Shown here: positions 35,681-46,047 of the stretch, piece after piece
Layout of the letters: each line of letters begins with the position of its first letter
Position numbering within the stretch: position 1 is the first letter of the stretch
Source: an uncultured Bacteroidales bacterium
GTDB lineage: Bacteria; Bacteroidota; Bacteroidia; Bacteroidales; GCA-2748055
NCBI GenBank assembly: GCA_963809925.1
Contig: CAWELH010000007.1
Span: forward strand, 98,347 to 162,346
Direction of reading: 5' to 3'
DNA: 64,000 nt
The notes under the pieces: generated by a model
What the model was told of the DNA's origin: nothing
What the model saw: only the letters and a program-made list of their open reading frames with translations
The model's database searches: none
Made by a program: the position numbers and the translations under genes

Positions 35681-37297
35681 ATGAATACTTCAGGGATGTT
35701 TCCGAAAAATCAGAAAGCCTTATTATATATTCTGGCTTTTCTCCGGATCGGTATCGGATGGCATTTTCTTTATGAAGGCCTGATTAAAGCGTTTGACTCC
35801 TCCTGGTCGGCTGCAGGCTTTCTGCAGAGTGCCACTGGTCCTCTTGCCGGCATGTTTCATAATTTAGGGAGCAGCGCATCTGCGGTTCAGGTAGTCGATA
35901 TCCTGAACATCGGCGGACTCATTCTCATCGGTCTCGGACTGTTCCTGGGACTGTTTACAAGGCTGTCTCAAATTTCAGGCATTGTGCTGATATTTCTTTA
36001 TTACATTTCTCATCCACCACTTTATACTGATCCCGGCTTCTTCCGTGAAGGTTCATATCTGATAGTAAGTAAGGATCTTCTCGAGATCATGGCCCTGATC
36101 GTTCTGATGTTTTTCAAGACCGGAAAATTTCTCGGTCTCGACGGTTTGTTCACATCTATGTCATCAAAGCCCATGCATAAACTGGATTCTGGGCAGCCCG
36201 AGCCGGAGAAGACCGTTGCAGATGTTCATCACATCCAGCGACGGGAAGCCCTCAAACACCTGGCGACCCTGCCCTTTCTTGGAGCTGTGATCTACGGTGC
36301 GATCCGCAAGACACGGATGGAAAGTCTGGAAGAGCAAAATCTTGTGGATGCGGCGACCGGTCCCACACAACGATTCGTTCAGCAAATCCAGGCCGGTGGC
36401 GACAGGCTTTCGCTGGCCACTTTGAAAAATCAGAAATTCGAGGAAGCAGCAGGTATCAATGGCAAGGTGCCACGCGGTATGCTTGGATCACTGGAAGCCT
36501 CCAAGATTATCCTCGGAGGTAACCTCCTTAGCGGATACGTTCATTCCCGCGACCTGATCTATGTTTCGTCGCTGGTACTTCATTATCATCAGAAAGACAG
36601 GATCTTCCGTACTCTTATGCTTGCTGAGCAATGCGGCGTGAACACTCTCCTTTCGAATCCTGTAGTTATGCCTCTGATGAAGGAATACTGGAATGAGGGT
36701 TACGGAAAGATCCAGTTCATCTCCGACTGCGCCGGACTCGATTACAGCGATGGTATTAAACCGATGCCTTTCGATAAATATTTTGATATTGTTAAGCGAG
36801 CCATTGACGATGGGGCTAATGCCGGGTATATCCAGGGTGAAACAGCTGATTATTACATAGAGAACGGTGAAGTGGACAAGATTGTGAAGATCATGGACCT
36901 TCTCAAACAAAATAATCTGCCCATCGGTATCGGTGCTCATAAAATCCAGACGATTAAGAAATGCGTTGAACTCGGACTTGAAAATGACTTCTGGATGAAA
37001 ACCCTTCATTCACACAACTATTGGTCGGCCACTGCCCCGACATGGCACGATAATATGTATTGTTTCGATCCAAAAGAAACTGTTGCCTATATGGAGAGTC
37101 TTCCCCAGCCATGGATTGCATTTAAAACGATGGCCGCCGGATCGCTTCATCCAAAAGAGGCCTTCCCGTATTCATTTAACAATGGTGCGGACTTTATTTG
37201 CGTTGGTATGTATGATTTTCAGATCGTGGAGGATGTGAACTTAGCCATTGAGGCGCATCAGAATGCCCGTGAAAGAAACCGGCCCTGGAGAGCATAA
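35681..37297 (+). CDS. DoxX-family membrane domain fused to a ~330-aa uncharacterised soluble domain
   Basis: N-terminal LLYILAFLRIGIGWHFLYEGLIK plus about 4 TM helices (DoxX). A further TM (LATLPFLGAVIYGAI) preceded by RREALKHL. The C-terminal domain has TIM-barrel-like ends (AFKTMAAG, GADFICVGMYDF), but I cannot name a family. Confidence 0.7.
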   Translation: MNTSGMFPKNQKALLYILAFLRIGIGWHFLYEGLIKAFDSSWSAAGFLQSATGPLAGMFHNLGSSASAVQVVDILNIGGLILIGLGLFLGLFTRLSQISGIVLIFLYYISHPPLYTDPGFFREGSYLIVSKDLLEIMALIVLMFFKTGKFLGLDGLFTSMSSKPMHKLDSGQPEPEKTVADVHHIQRREALKHLATLPFLGAVIYGAIRKTRMESLEEQNLVDAATGPTQRFVQQIQAGGDRLSLATLKNQKFEEAAGINGKVPRGMLGSLEASKIILGGNLLSGYVHSRDLIYVSSLVLHYHQKDRIFRTLMLAEQCGVNTLLSNPVVMPLMKEYWNEGYGKIQFISDCAGLDYSDGIKPMPFDKYFDIVKRAIDDGANAGYIQGETADYYIENGEVDKIVKIMDLLKQNNLPIGIGAHKIQTIKKCVELGLENDFWMKTLHSHNYWSATAPTWHDNMYCFDPKETVAYMESLPQPWIAFKTMAAGSLHPKEAFPYSFNNGADFICVGMYDFQIVEDVNLAIEAHQNARERNRPWRA

Positions 37298-37352
37298 CAG
37301 AACACAATTTCCATTCTGAATTGTTTATTCTTAAAACCGATAATCAATCAAA

Positions 37353-38258
37353 ATGAAATCAATTGTTTTCTGCAATATTTTGCTTTTTCTCATCCTGTCT
37401 GCTTCATCATGCAAAAAAAATAATGATTCGGTGACAACGACCCCGGAAATCACAGGTGTTGAGCCCAATTCTGGAGTTTCAGGAATAGAGGTTACCATCT
37501 CCGGGCATGATTTTCCCGGAACTGACACAAGTACTACAAGCGTTCTGTTTAACGGCGTTAAGGCTAAAGTAATCCAAATTGGTGAAAATGAGATCCATGC
37601 TCTCGTTCCCGAAAGTGCCGGGACAGGTGACATCACTGTAAAATTTCCCCAAACCAGTATTAGCGGCCCTCAATTCACGTATATCAATTCATGGTTGATC
37701 GAAGGTTCAGATATGGGATCACTTTTTGAATGGGTGTCGGTGACGTACGAGGGTCAGCCGGTGGGTGATGCCATTGTGACTGTCAATGGTGTATCTCTGC
37801 CAAAAAGCACGGTCTATGCAGAGAAATACAATGGAAGTCTTCCGGAGCCCGTGGATCCCGGTGGTACGCTCGATATGTCCGTGACGCTTGCCAACGGCAA
37901 CACATTCAATGCTTCGGGCTATGTCCCTGAAAAACCCACACTTGTTTCCCCCTCAGAGAATTCAGTATTTACTAAGAGCCAGACTTTAACAGTCGAATGG
38001 ACTTGTCCTGTCAATCCGGACCGGTTTTTGGTGAACTTCGATTTCAATCTAGGGACAGCAAATTATGTAGGGATGTACTTTCCTGCAAGCGGTACGGCAC
38101 GTTCCTTTACCCTGGACCTTGCCGATGTTCCTTCAGGCTCACTGAATATCACGCTCTCATCCTATTCAGACGGAACATTTTCCGGAAGTCCGCTTTCGGG
38201 ATTCAGCAATATGAACATCCGGAATGAGAGTTCCGAGACAGGCGTCACCGTTCAGTAA
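37353..38258 (+). CDS. IPT/TIG domain-containing lipoprotein
   Basis: Lipobox LSASSC. ITGVEPNSGVSGIEVTISGHDF...LFNGVKAKVIQIGENEIHALVPESAGTGDITV. Confidence 0.7.
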   Translation: MKSIVFCNILLFLILSASSCKKNNDSVTTTPEITGVEPNSGVSGIEVTISGHDFPGTDTSTTSVLFNGVKAKVIQIGENEIHALVPESAGTGDITVKFPQTSISGPQFTYINSWLIEGSDMGSLFEWVSVTYEGQPVGDAIVTVNGVSLPKSTVYAEKYNGSLPEPVDPGGTLDMSVTLANGNTFNASGYVPEKPTLVSPSENSVFTKSQTLTVEWTCPVNPDRFLVNFDFNLGTANYVGMYFPASGTARSFTLDLADVPSGSLNITLSSYSDGTFSGSPLSGFSNMNIRNESSETGVTVQ

Positions 38259-38360
38259 AACTCTGTCCGGGAATCCAATCTTATAAGCAGGTATGACTAA
38301 CTCCGTTGTCTCTCTTTGAACTTTACTATTTACAGCGAAAGGTTTTAACCGGCTCTTACT

Positions 38361-39071
38361 ATGTTTAACCCATTACCAATGAAAGAACAATCCAAAAATA
38401 TTATTTTAACCCTCACTGCAATATCTTGTTTTATTGCCACGCTAGGCGATTTTGCTGTTATGGGATACGCCGGAAGCATCTACCCGGGATACCGAATGCT
38501 TCATGACACCGAAAGCATGCTGGGGGCATCCTCAAGCCCCGTATCCGAAATGACTTCAGCATGGTGGATTATCCTCGGGCTTTTGTTTGTCATTTTTGGT
38601 GCAGGCTTCAGGAAGGCATACCACGATGGCGGACGAGCAGCGCAGATTGCATCCTGGCTTATCATACTTTATGGTGTGGGTGAAGGAATGGGATCGGGAA
38701 TCTTTCATGCCGACTATGTGGACGGGTATCTGACATTACCCGGAAAAATTCATGATGCATTGGGAGGGCTTGGTATTGCCGGTATGTTTATTCTTCCCCT
38801 CCTGGTACGGAAGATAATCCCACGGAAGAAGCATCCTGTACTCCACTCCCTGGCGGTGCCCACTATTATTATTGGCCTTGCTGTACTTATCCTGTTCAGC
38901 ATCGCAAAATTGAAGAGCCAGCCTTCGGAGTTCATCACCACCTGGAAAGGCCTTTGGCAGAGACTCCTTACCCTGAATTTCTATGTTTATCTTGCTTTCC
39001 TGGCGGGTGTTATGTTGAAGGATATTGGATCCAGGACGAAAGAACGAGAGTTTTCAACCCTCACAAAGTAA
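38361..39071 (+). CDS. Multi-pass membrane protein (DUF998-like by recall)
   Basis: About 6 predicted TM helices. No catalytic motif. Confidence 0.45.
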   Translation: MFNPLPMKEQSKNIILTLTAISCFIATLGDFAVMGYAGSIYPGYRMLHDTESMLGASSSPVSEMTSAWWIILGLLFVIFGAGFRKAYHDGGRAAQIASWLIILYGVGEGMGSGIFHADYVDGYLTLPGKIHDALGGLGIAGMFILPLLVRKIIPRKKHPVLHSLAVPTIIIGLAVLILFSIAKLKSQPSEFITTWKGLWQRLLTLNFYVYLAFLAGVMLKDIGSRTKEREFSTLTK

Positions 39072-39073
39072 AC

Positions 39074-40144
39074 CTATGCATTTTTCCGGATGTGGTCCAC
39101 AATATATGCAGCGTCCCTTCCGACGCCGCCCATCAGTCCGGAGGTTAGTCCGTACTGAAAAAGCATTCCAACGAAATACAGGCCTTTGACTGGTGAAACT
39201 CCCCTGTCGTTGAGTGGCCATCCAAACTGGTCTGTAATCTCTGCACTGATCCAGGAAAAATCAGGTTTGAAACCAGTGCACCAGATGATTATGGATGCTT
39301 TTACATGTTCATCGTCCTCTGTAACAGGGAAACCATCCTGTGCACCCTTCAATCTTGATATGTTCCGGATGCCGGCGGCGGTAAGATCGCCGGCGGAAAT
39401 ACCGATCAAAGGTCCGCCATGAGAAGTCACCTGTTGTTTTGCTTTTCGTCCGAGTGGTGTCCGGACAGTGACAACATTCTTTATGAACCACCAGTAAAAA
39501 CCGCCAGCAAAGCGGAAGATTGCATTGGGGATATGAAATGTTGGTTTTCCTGAGATCACGGTTGGGTGAGTTTTCCCCACCTCAATGGCTATCTCAATTC
39601 CGGATGTGCCGGCTCCAACAACAAGAACTTCACCATCTGGCAGGGATTCCGGATTTCTGTACTCTGAAGAATGTATCTGATAAACAGAAGGATCAATGTC
39701 AGCGGCAAATTCAGGGATCCTGGGCTTCGGATTTGGACCGGTAGCCACAACTACTCTGTCACACATGATCAGACCGTCGTTACTGATGATCTCAAAGCCG
39801 CCGTCAGTTTTCGTCAGTCGTTTTACTTCGATCCCATGTCGTATGGGGAGATCAAATGTATGAGCATAGGATTCAAGGTATGACGCAACTTCATCCCTGC
39901 CGGGTAAAGACATTGCCGGTCCCGGAAAAGGACTGCCGGGTAAACTGTCATACTTAACCGGTGTAAAGAGTCGGAGTGTATCCCACCGTACCCTCCAGGA
40001 GTCGCCGACCCTTTCGTGAGCCTCAAGGATAATAAAATCAATGCCCGCTTTTTTCAGAAAATAGGCAGTAGCCAATCCTGCCTGTCCGCCACCAATAATC
40101 ACGGTGTTTGTATGATCTGTCTTTACATTTTCCCGATTTTTCAT
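39074..40144 (-). CDS. FAD/NAD(P)-binding oxidoreductase, flavin-monooxygenase (CzcO-like) family
   Basis: VIIGGGQAGLATAYFL (GxGxxG) and a second dinucleotide motif, VLVVGAGTSGIEIA. Confidence 0.8.
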   Translation of the reverse strand: MKNRENVKTDHTNTVIIGGGQAGLATAYFLKKAGIDFIILEAHERVGDSWRVRWDTLRLFTPVKYDSLPGSPFPGPAMSLPGRDEVASYLESYAHTFDLPIRHGIEVKRLTKTDGGFEIISNDGLIMCDRVVVATGPNPKPRIPEFAADIDPSVYQIHSSEYRNPESLPDGEVLVVGAGTSGIEIAIEVGKTHPTVISGKPTFHIPNAIFRFAGGFYWWFIKNVVTVRTPLGRKAKQQVTSHGGPLIGISAGDLTAAGIRNISRLKGAQDGFPVTEDDEHVKASIIIWCTGFKPDFSWISAEITDQFGWPLNDRGVSPVKGLYFVGMLFQYGLTSGLMGGVGRDAAYIVDHIRKNA

Positions 40145-40423
40145 AGCTCTTTATTAAGGACCCTGAATTTCATGCATCTATAAACAAAGAAGCCCTCACT
40201 TAGTTTTCAGACCAGGGGACAAAGGATCATGCCGGCAAAAAAAAATCCTGAAGACTTTAAGATCTTACTCCGGAATAGTAGGCAGCAACCTGTGCATCTA
40301 CTAATTTTAACAGGTACTCCCGAAACGTTTTAACCTGCTTTGTTGTTTCAACAACCTATCAGTCCTGTACCGGTCAGGAGGCGGGTTAGTGAAGATCATT
40401 GTTTTACATTTAATTCTGAAGGG

Positions 40424-41050
40424 ATGAATTTCGATAAAAAAGCAAAAGACTGGGACAAAGATTCCGGGAAAACAGAACGAGCTCTTGCATTTGCTAAGGA
40501 AGTCAATCAATTTTTAGACGGTAAAAAACTTGAAGATGCACTTGAGTTCGGAAGCGGAACCGGAATACTCAGTTTTATTTTCCGGGAACAATTCAGACAT
40601 ATCACCCTGGTCGACACTTCCGTAGGGATGATAAAAGTGCTGAACGAAAAGATCCGTAAAAATAATATACAGCATTTCCGAACCATCATGGCAGATCTTG
40701 AAACAAAACCGCTGAACGAAAAATTCGATATCATCTATACCATGATGACACTTCATCATATCAGGGATCTCGACAACATTTTTCACATATTTGCGACCAT
40801 GCTTGCCGAAGGCGGGTATCTGTGTATCGGGGATCTTGAGAAGGAAAACGGCAGTTTTCATGGTCATATGCCCGAGTTTGACGGGCATCATGGTTTTGAG
40901 AAAGAAAAACTCGAACGACTTTTGGATCTCCACGGTTTTGAGGTTCTGGATTTCCATGATTTTTATTCAATTGAAAAAGGGACAGGGGAACAAAGAAAAT
41001 CGTACCCATTGTTTATCCTCATTGCACATAAGCGAAAGAATAGCCCGTAA
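40424..41050 (+). CDS. Class I SAM-dependent methyltransferase
   Basis: Start taken at the ATG (MNFDKKAKDWDKD). Motif I LEFGSGTGILS. FDIIYTMMTLHH. Confidence 0.8.
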   Translation: MNFDKKAKDWDKDSGKTERALAFAKEVNQFLDGKKLEDALEFGSGTGILSFIFREQFRHITLVDTSVGMIKVLNEKIRKNNIQHFRTIMADLETKPLNEKFDIIYTMMTLHHIRDLDNIFHIFATMLAEGGYLCIGDLEKENGSFHGHMPEFDGHHGFEKEKLERLLDLHGFEVLDFHDFYSIEKGTGEQRKSYPLFILIAHKRKNSP

Positions 41051-41320
41051 AAAATTGATCGGACAAGGTAGTTTCAATCTGGAAAATTCAGCTTGAAGAA
41101 CCGTCGGAAGTCTATTCGGGAACGCTAGACAGGAATGCGGAAACTGCTGCTTTAGATGGATCCGGCAGGAAGAAAATTCAGATCTGTTTTTTTCGAGGTT
41201 ATCGTTATTTTGTTGTCAGACGATAAGCATTTTTCATTGTTTGATATGTTGATGTTAATCACTTAACCTTTTCTGCATTATGGCATAAATGATAGAAGTT
41301 TCTGATTCGGATGAGTCTCT

Positions 41321-41418
41321 TATATTGTTCTTATATACTTATTTGTAGGGGATCCCACCCCCCTCCCGCCACCCTTAATGCTCCGAAAGAACAAATCTCA
41401 GCGTCCCCTGCCCATGTT
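41321..41418 (-). repeat. G4/C-tract hairpin element, copy C (G-rich strand is minus)
   Basis: TTGTTCTT (41325-41332) and AAGAACAA (41387-41394) flank CCCACCCCCCTCCCGCCACCC (41354-41374). Confidence 0.85.
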
Positions 41419-41694
41419 CTTCAACACCACCTCAACCATTATTCGCAATAAAATCCTTTATCCACCTTTAACATCCTGTGTTCCAAATAAACCATCTCCT
41501 TTTACCCTGAGACGAAGATCCCCGGTATTGCGAAATTGAGTTTTCAACTTCCTTGTCTGTTTCAATATGTCATTTTCCCCATAGATTACTTACCTTTACA
41601 TTGAATTGACACCTGGCTGGACAGCCTTAAATTGTCTGGGCTACATACAACACGGACCTTCATTATTTAACCTATTTTCAACAACCATTAACCC

Positions 41695-43506
41695 ATGAAC
41701 CGGTATATCCTTTTCCTCCTTCCCGCAGCATCATTGGTGTCCTGTAGTCCCGGCAACCATTCGGTAGTGGATACTGCGCAGGACAGTTTTCATCCTGGTG
41801 CCGTTTGGTACGATACCGACAGTGTTCCGATAGAGGCCCATTCCTGCGGGATACTGAAATCGGGGAACACCTATTATATGTACGGCCAGGACCAGCGGCT
41901 GGGTCATGGTAACAAAACAGGCGTGTGCGGCTATTCATCTTCAGATCTGTATCACTGGAAATATGAAGGCACCGTTCTTCCTACCGACAGCACTCCGGAA
42001 ATTACAAGAAACAGCGGTGTCCTTGAGAGACCCAAAGTGATCTTCAATGCCTCAACAGGTAAATATGTTATGTGGATGCACCTCGATGCCGACGACTATA
42101 CCCTTTCCGAAGCCGGTGTAGCGGTGTCGGATTCCCCCACCGGGCCGTTCAAATTCGTTAAACACTTCCGTCCGGTAAGCTATGATTATGGTTTTGACCG
42201 TATGAATAGCGGGGCAGATAAACGAACTGCCGAAGATCATCAGCGTCTGGAAAAAATCAACGAGAAGGACCACGGAAATACATTCAGGGACATGAACCTC
42301 TTTGTAGATGATGATGGCAGTGCCTATGTGATCTATTCCTCCGAAAACAACAGCAGTCTCTATATCGTAAAACTTTCTGACAACTACCTGGATGTTGCCC
42401 GGCCTCTGGTGGAAGGAAAAACCTGGTCGCGGGCTGTGATCGATCAAAAACGTGAGGCCCCGGCACCCTTCAAATACCGGGATACATATTATATTATCAG
42501 CTCCGGCCTGACCGGATGGGCATCAAACCCTGCCAAATATCATACTGCTCAAAACATGCTCGGGCCATGGACCACCCATGAAAATCCATGTCGCGGTCCG
42601 GGAGCCGAATTTACCTTCGGTTCACAAAGTACATTTGTCCTTCCCGCTCCGGGAAAGCCTGAAGGATGCTATATTTTCATGGCCGATATATGGGACGCAG
42701 ACAAACTTGAGAATTCCAGGCTTTTCTGGCAGCCATTCCTTATTCAGGATGACGGCAGCTTCACCATCGAGAACCTCGATAAATGGTCACTGGATGTCTT
42801 CGATACATATGATAAACCACTGGAACGTCCCAAACTGACCTTTGAAAGCCAGATACCGGGAAGTACCGGCAAATCCATAAGCTGGGATACCATTTCCGGT
42901 GCCGATGCCTATCATATCTTCATAAACGGTAAATGGCTGCATACCACTACTGATACACGTTGGAGTCTTCCTCAAAAACTTGCAGGTAATACTGATACAT
43001 GTTGTGTTGAAAGGGTCACCATCTCGGGAAAACAATCTGAGAAGTCCCTTCCCGCTATTGTTTCATGGGATATTGCAACAGATGTGATGTTGTCCGGTAT
43101 TACACCGGATGCATGGACACAGGGATTTAGCTATCCACACCTAAATCTGGCTCTTCAGGGTACTCCGTTAAAAATCGTGGACCGTGACTTTCGCGAGGGT
43201 TTCGGCGTCCATGCGCCATCGATGATACAATATACCCTGAGTAAGCATTACAAACGGTTTACCGCATGGATCGGCGTGGATGCTTACACCAGATTCAACC
43301 AATATGGTAGCGTCGAATTCATCGTTACCGGCGACGGAGAGGAACTATACCGCAGTGGGATAATGAAAGCAGAGGACCAGGCAAAATATGTGGATCTTCG
43401 TCTTGATAACATTGTAAACCTTACTCTCATCGTTACCGACGGAGGAAATGGTAATCATTATGACCATGCCGACTGGTGTGAACCAGAGCTTTATGCGAAC
43501 GAATGA
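41695..43506 (+). CDS. GH43-family glycoside hydrolase fused to a C-terminal NPCBM-type carbohydrate-binding module
   Basis: N-terminal five-bladed-propeller-type motifs (YYMYGQD, ERPKVIF, FRDMNLFVDDDG, EAPAPFKY). C-terminal FGVHAPSMIQYTL...GSVEFIVTGDGEELYRS...GNHYDHADWCEPEL is NPCBM-like. Confidence 0.8.
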   Translation: MNRYILFLLPAASLVSCSPGNHSVVDTAQDSFHPGAVWYDTDSVPIEAHSCGILKSGNTYYMYGQDQRLGHGNKTGVCGYSSSDLYHWKYEGTVLPTDSTPEITRNSGVLERPKVIFNASTGKYVMWMHLDADDYTLSEAGVAVSDSPTGPFKFVKHFRPVSYDYGFDRMNSGADKRTAEDHQRLEKINEKDHGNTFRDMNLFVDDDGSAYVIYSSENNSSLYIVKLSDNYLDVARPLVEGKTWSRAVIDQKREAPAPFKYRDTYYIISSGLTGWASNPAKYHTAQNMLGPWTTHENPCRGPGAEFTFGSQSTFVLPAPGKPEGCYIFMADIWDADKLENSRLFWQPFLIQDDGSFTIENLDKWSLDVFDTYDKPLERPKLTFESQIPGSTGKSISWDTISGADAYHIFINGKWLHTTTDTRWSLPQKLAGNTDTCCVERVTISGKQSEKSLPAIVSWDIATDVMLSGITPDAWTQGFSYPHLNLALQGTPLKIVDRDFREGFGVHAPSMIQYTLSKHYKRFTAWIGVDAYTRFNQYGSVEFIVTGDGEELYRSGIMKAEDQAKYVDLRLDNIVNLTLIVTDGGNGNHYDHADWCEPELYANE

Positions 43507-43534
43507 TGCACTGATAAATTAACAACTGCCAGAT

Positions 43535-44077
43535 ATGAATTCCTATGCTGCCATATTGAGAGGTGTCAATGTAACAGGCTATAACAAACTGAAAATGTCG
43601 GACCTGAGGCAATCGTTGGAGGATGATGGCTTTAAGGAGGTTTCGACCTACATCCAGAGTGGAAACATCATCTTCAAATCTCCGGATGACGACCCCTACA
43701 CCTTGTCAGAAAAGATTGAAAACCTGATCCAAAAACGCTTTGGTATGTCTGTGCCAGCTATTGTGCTTGGCATTCCCAGTCTCAGGAAGATTTATGAAAA
43801 TAACCCTTTTCTTCGGGAAGGAAAAGTCGATGAGAGTAAACTATATGTCACTTTTCTTGCAACGGAACCTTCAGAAGAACTCATCCGGCAGCTTTCCGGA
43901 AAAAAATTTCTGCCTGAAGAATACATCATCAAAGACAGGGAGATTTATCTCCATTGTCCTGACGGATACGGCCGCACAAAGATCAACAACAACTACTTTG
44001 AATCAAAGTTAAAGGTGTCTGCCAGCACGAGAAACTGGAGAACGGTGGGAAAACTGGTCGCCCTGGGAGAAGGTTGA
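43535..44077 (+). CDS. DUF1697 domain-containing protein
   Basis: ILRGVNVTGYNKLKMSDLR near the N-terminus and ~180 aa length are the family hallmark. Confidence 0.75.
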   Translation: MNSYAAILRGVNVTGYNKLKMSDLRQSLEDDGFKEVSTYIQSGNIIFKSPDDDPYTLSEKIENLIQKRFGMSVPAIVLGIPSLRKIYENNPFLREGKVDESKLYVTFLATEPSEELIRQLSGKKFLPEEYIIKDREIYLHCPDGYGRTKINNNYFESKLKVSASTRNWRTVGKLVALGEG

Positions 44078-44303
44078 TCCAACCTTAAAAAACACTGTTG
44101 GTGTGTGAAATAATTCGGTCAAAGTTCCATCCTAATCTAGAGGAAAGCCTTAACAAAAAATTCACCACCTTAGATGCCATCCAGACAATTCCACTCGTCA
44201 AAAACATGACAGTTTTATTAAAAAAATATAACTTAGAGTTTCCATACGGCGTAATATGATGAATTACCCGGCGTGAAAACAAGGATCCTAAAACAAAAAA
44301 ACA

Positions 44304-45701
44304 ATGGAAAAAAGAGGAATTATCCCGGTGATCATCAGTCTGATGCTAGCCGTTTCATGTAACCCGGATAAAACAATGAAGAAAGAAAAGTCGGTAACAC
44401 TCATTACATTAAATCCCGGACATTTTCATGCTGCCCTTGTTCAGAAGTCTATGTACCCGGATGTTGACACCAATGTTTACGTTTATGCTCCGGAAGGACC
44501 GGAAGTGCAGGATTATCTGGCCAGAATTAATGCATACAATGAACGGGATACAGACCCGACACACTGGAATGAACACCTGTATACCGCACCAGACTATTTT
44601 GAAAAAATGCTGGAGGAAAAGAAGGGCAATGTTGTGGTCCTGGCCGGGAATAACCGCATTAAAACCGATTACATCTATCATTCGGTTGACAACGGATTAA
44701 ACGTACTTTCCGACAAACCCATGGTGATCACTGCCGATAAGTTTCCCATGCTTAAAAAAGCGTTCAGAGTTGCTCAGGAAAATGGTGTCATTCTTTATGA
44801 TATCATGACCGAAAGGTTTGAGATCACTACGATATTGCAGAAAAAATTATCCATGACACCGGAGATCTTCGGGGAATTGATGGATGGAAGCCTGGATAAA
44901 CCCGCCATTACAAAGGAAAGCGTGCATCATTTTTTCAAGTATGTCTCGGGCATCGCCCTGGTACGCCCTGCCTGGGCCTTTGACGTAGAGCAGCAGGGTG
45001 AAGGTATCGTCGACGTCACAACACACCTGGTCGATCTTGCACAATGGGAGGCATTTCCCGATGAGGTACTGGACTACAATACGGATGTCGATATGGTTAA
45101 AGCAAGGCGCTGGACCACCGCCATCTCACCTGAGGAATTCAGGAACGTAACGGGCCTTGAGAATTACCCGGCCTTTCTAAAGAAAAATGTCAGGAACGAC
45201 ACACTTATGGTATACTGCAACGGGGATATCGATTACAGGCTGAAAGGAAAATACGTCCATATTTCTGTGGAGTGGAAGTATAAAGCCCCTGAGGGTGCCG
45301 GCGACACACATTATTCAATCATGCGTGGAAGTCTTTCCAACCTTATCATCAGACAGGGGCAGGAAGAAAACTATATCCCCGAAGTGTACATTCAGTCCCT
45401 TTCAGGTGATCCCGTGGGTTTTGAGAAAAAACTGAAAAAAGTGATCAACGAAGATTTCGCGGCAGATTTTCCTGGACTGGGGGTAAAAAGGATTGATGAA
45501 ACAAGCTGGCAACTGGTTATTCCCACCGAATACCGGCATGGCCATGAAGCCCACTTCGGACAGGTAACACGAAACTATCTGGACTATCTGAAAGCAGGAA
45601 ATCTACCTGAATGGGAAGTTCCTGGAATGCTTACAAAATATTACATCACCACTGAAGCTCTCAAGCTGGCGAAAGCGACAGGCACGACTGATATGCCGTA
45701 A
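44304..45701 (+). CDS. Lipoprotein of the 'putative oxidoreductase C-terminal domain' family (Gfo/Idh/MocA-related)
   Basis: Lipobox LMLAVSC. LITLNPGHFHAALVQ N-terminal motif. Family assignment by recall only. Confidence 0.45.
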   Translation: MEKRGIIPVIISLMLAVSCNPDKTMKKEKSVTLITLNPGHFHAALVQKSMYPDVDTNVYVYAPEGPEVQDYLARINAYNERDTDPTHWNEHLYTAPDYFEKMLEEKKGNVVVLAGNNRIKTDYIYHSVDNGLNVLSDKPMVITADKFPMLKKAFRVAQENGVILYDIMTERFEITTILQKKLSMTPEIFGELMDGSLDKPAITKESVHHFFKYVSGIALVRPAWAFDVEQQGEGIVDVTTHLVDLAQWEAFPDEVLDYNTDVDMVKARRWTTAISPEEFRNVTGLENYPAFLKKNVRNDTLMVYCNGDIDYRLKGKYVHISVEWKYKAPEGAGDTHYSIMRGSLSNLIIRQGQEENYIPEVYIQSLSGDPVGFEKKLKKVINEDFAADFPGLGVKRIDETSWQLVIPTEYRHGHEAHFGQVTRNYLDYLKAGNLPEWEVPGMLTKYYITTEALKLAKATGTTDMP

Positions 45702-46047
45702 GTTCAAATTTTAAAAATTGGAGACCAGCTGCCATGGATGGACAAGCCTATTATACGCAACGTCTGAATACCTTTTTCAATCTTAATGAAGAGATGAACG
45801 TCCACCGGAAAGGTAATCGTTTGGTGAAGAGGTACTTAATACTTACAACTTGATATGAAAGTAACACTTCTTCTGATTTATTCTCTGGCTCTTCACACGG
45901 CAGAAGGTGTATTCATTAATGTGATGAAGACTAAAACAAACAACAATATTGACTATAACCTAGGATTAACGCGAAAAGCCGTATAGTTTAACATTCTGGC
46001 CCATCCCATCGAAAGTTTGAGCTTATGCTCAATAAAATAAACCGGCT

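Noticed and set aside
1744-41418. Near-regular ~20-kb spacing of the three G4 hairpin copies (about 1.7, 21.1 and 41.3 kb)
   Set aside because: Only three points. The position predicted for a fourth copy (about 61 kb) lies inside the GH5 gene, and the nearby 60353-60908 gap has no C- or G-tract. Treated as coincidence.
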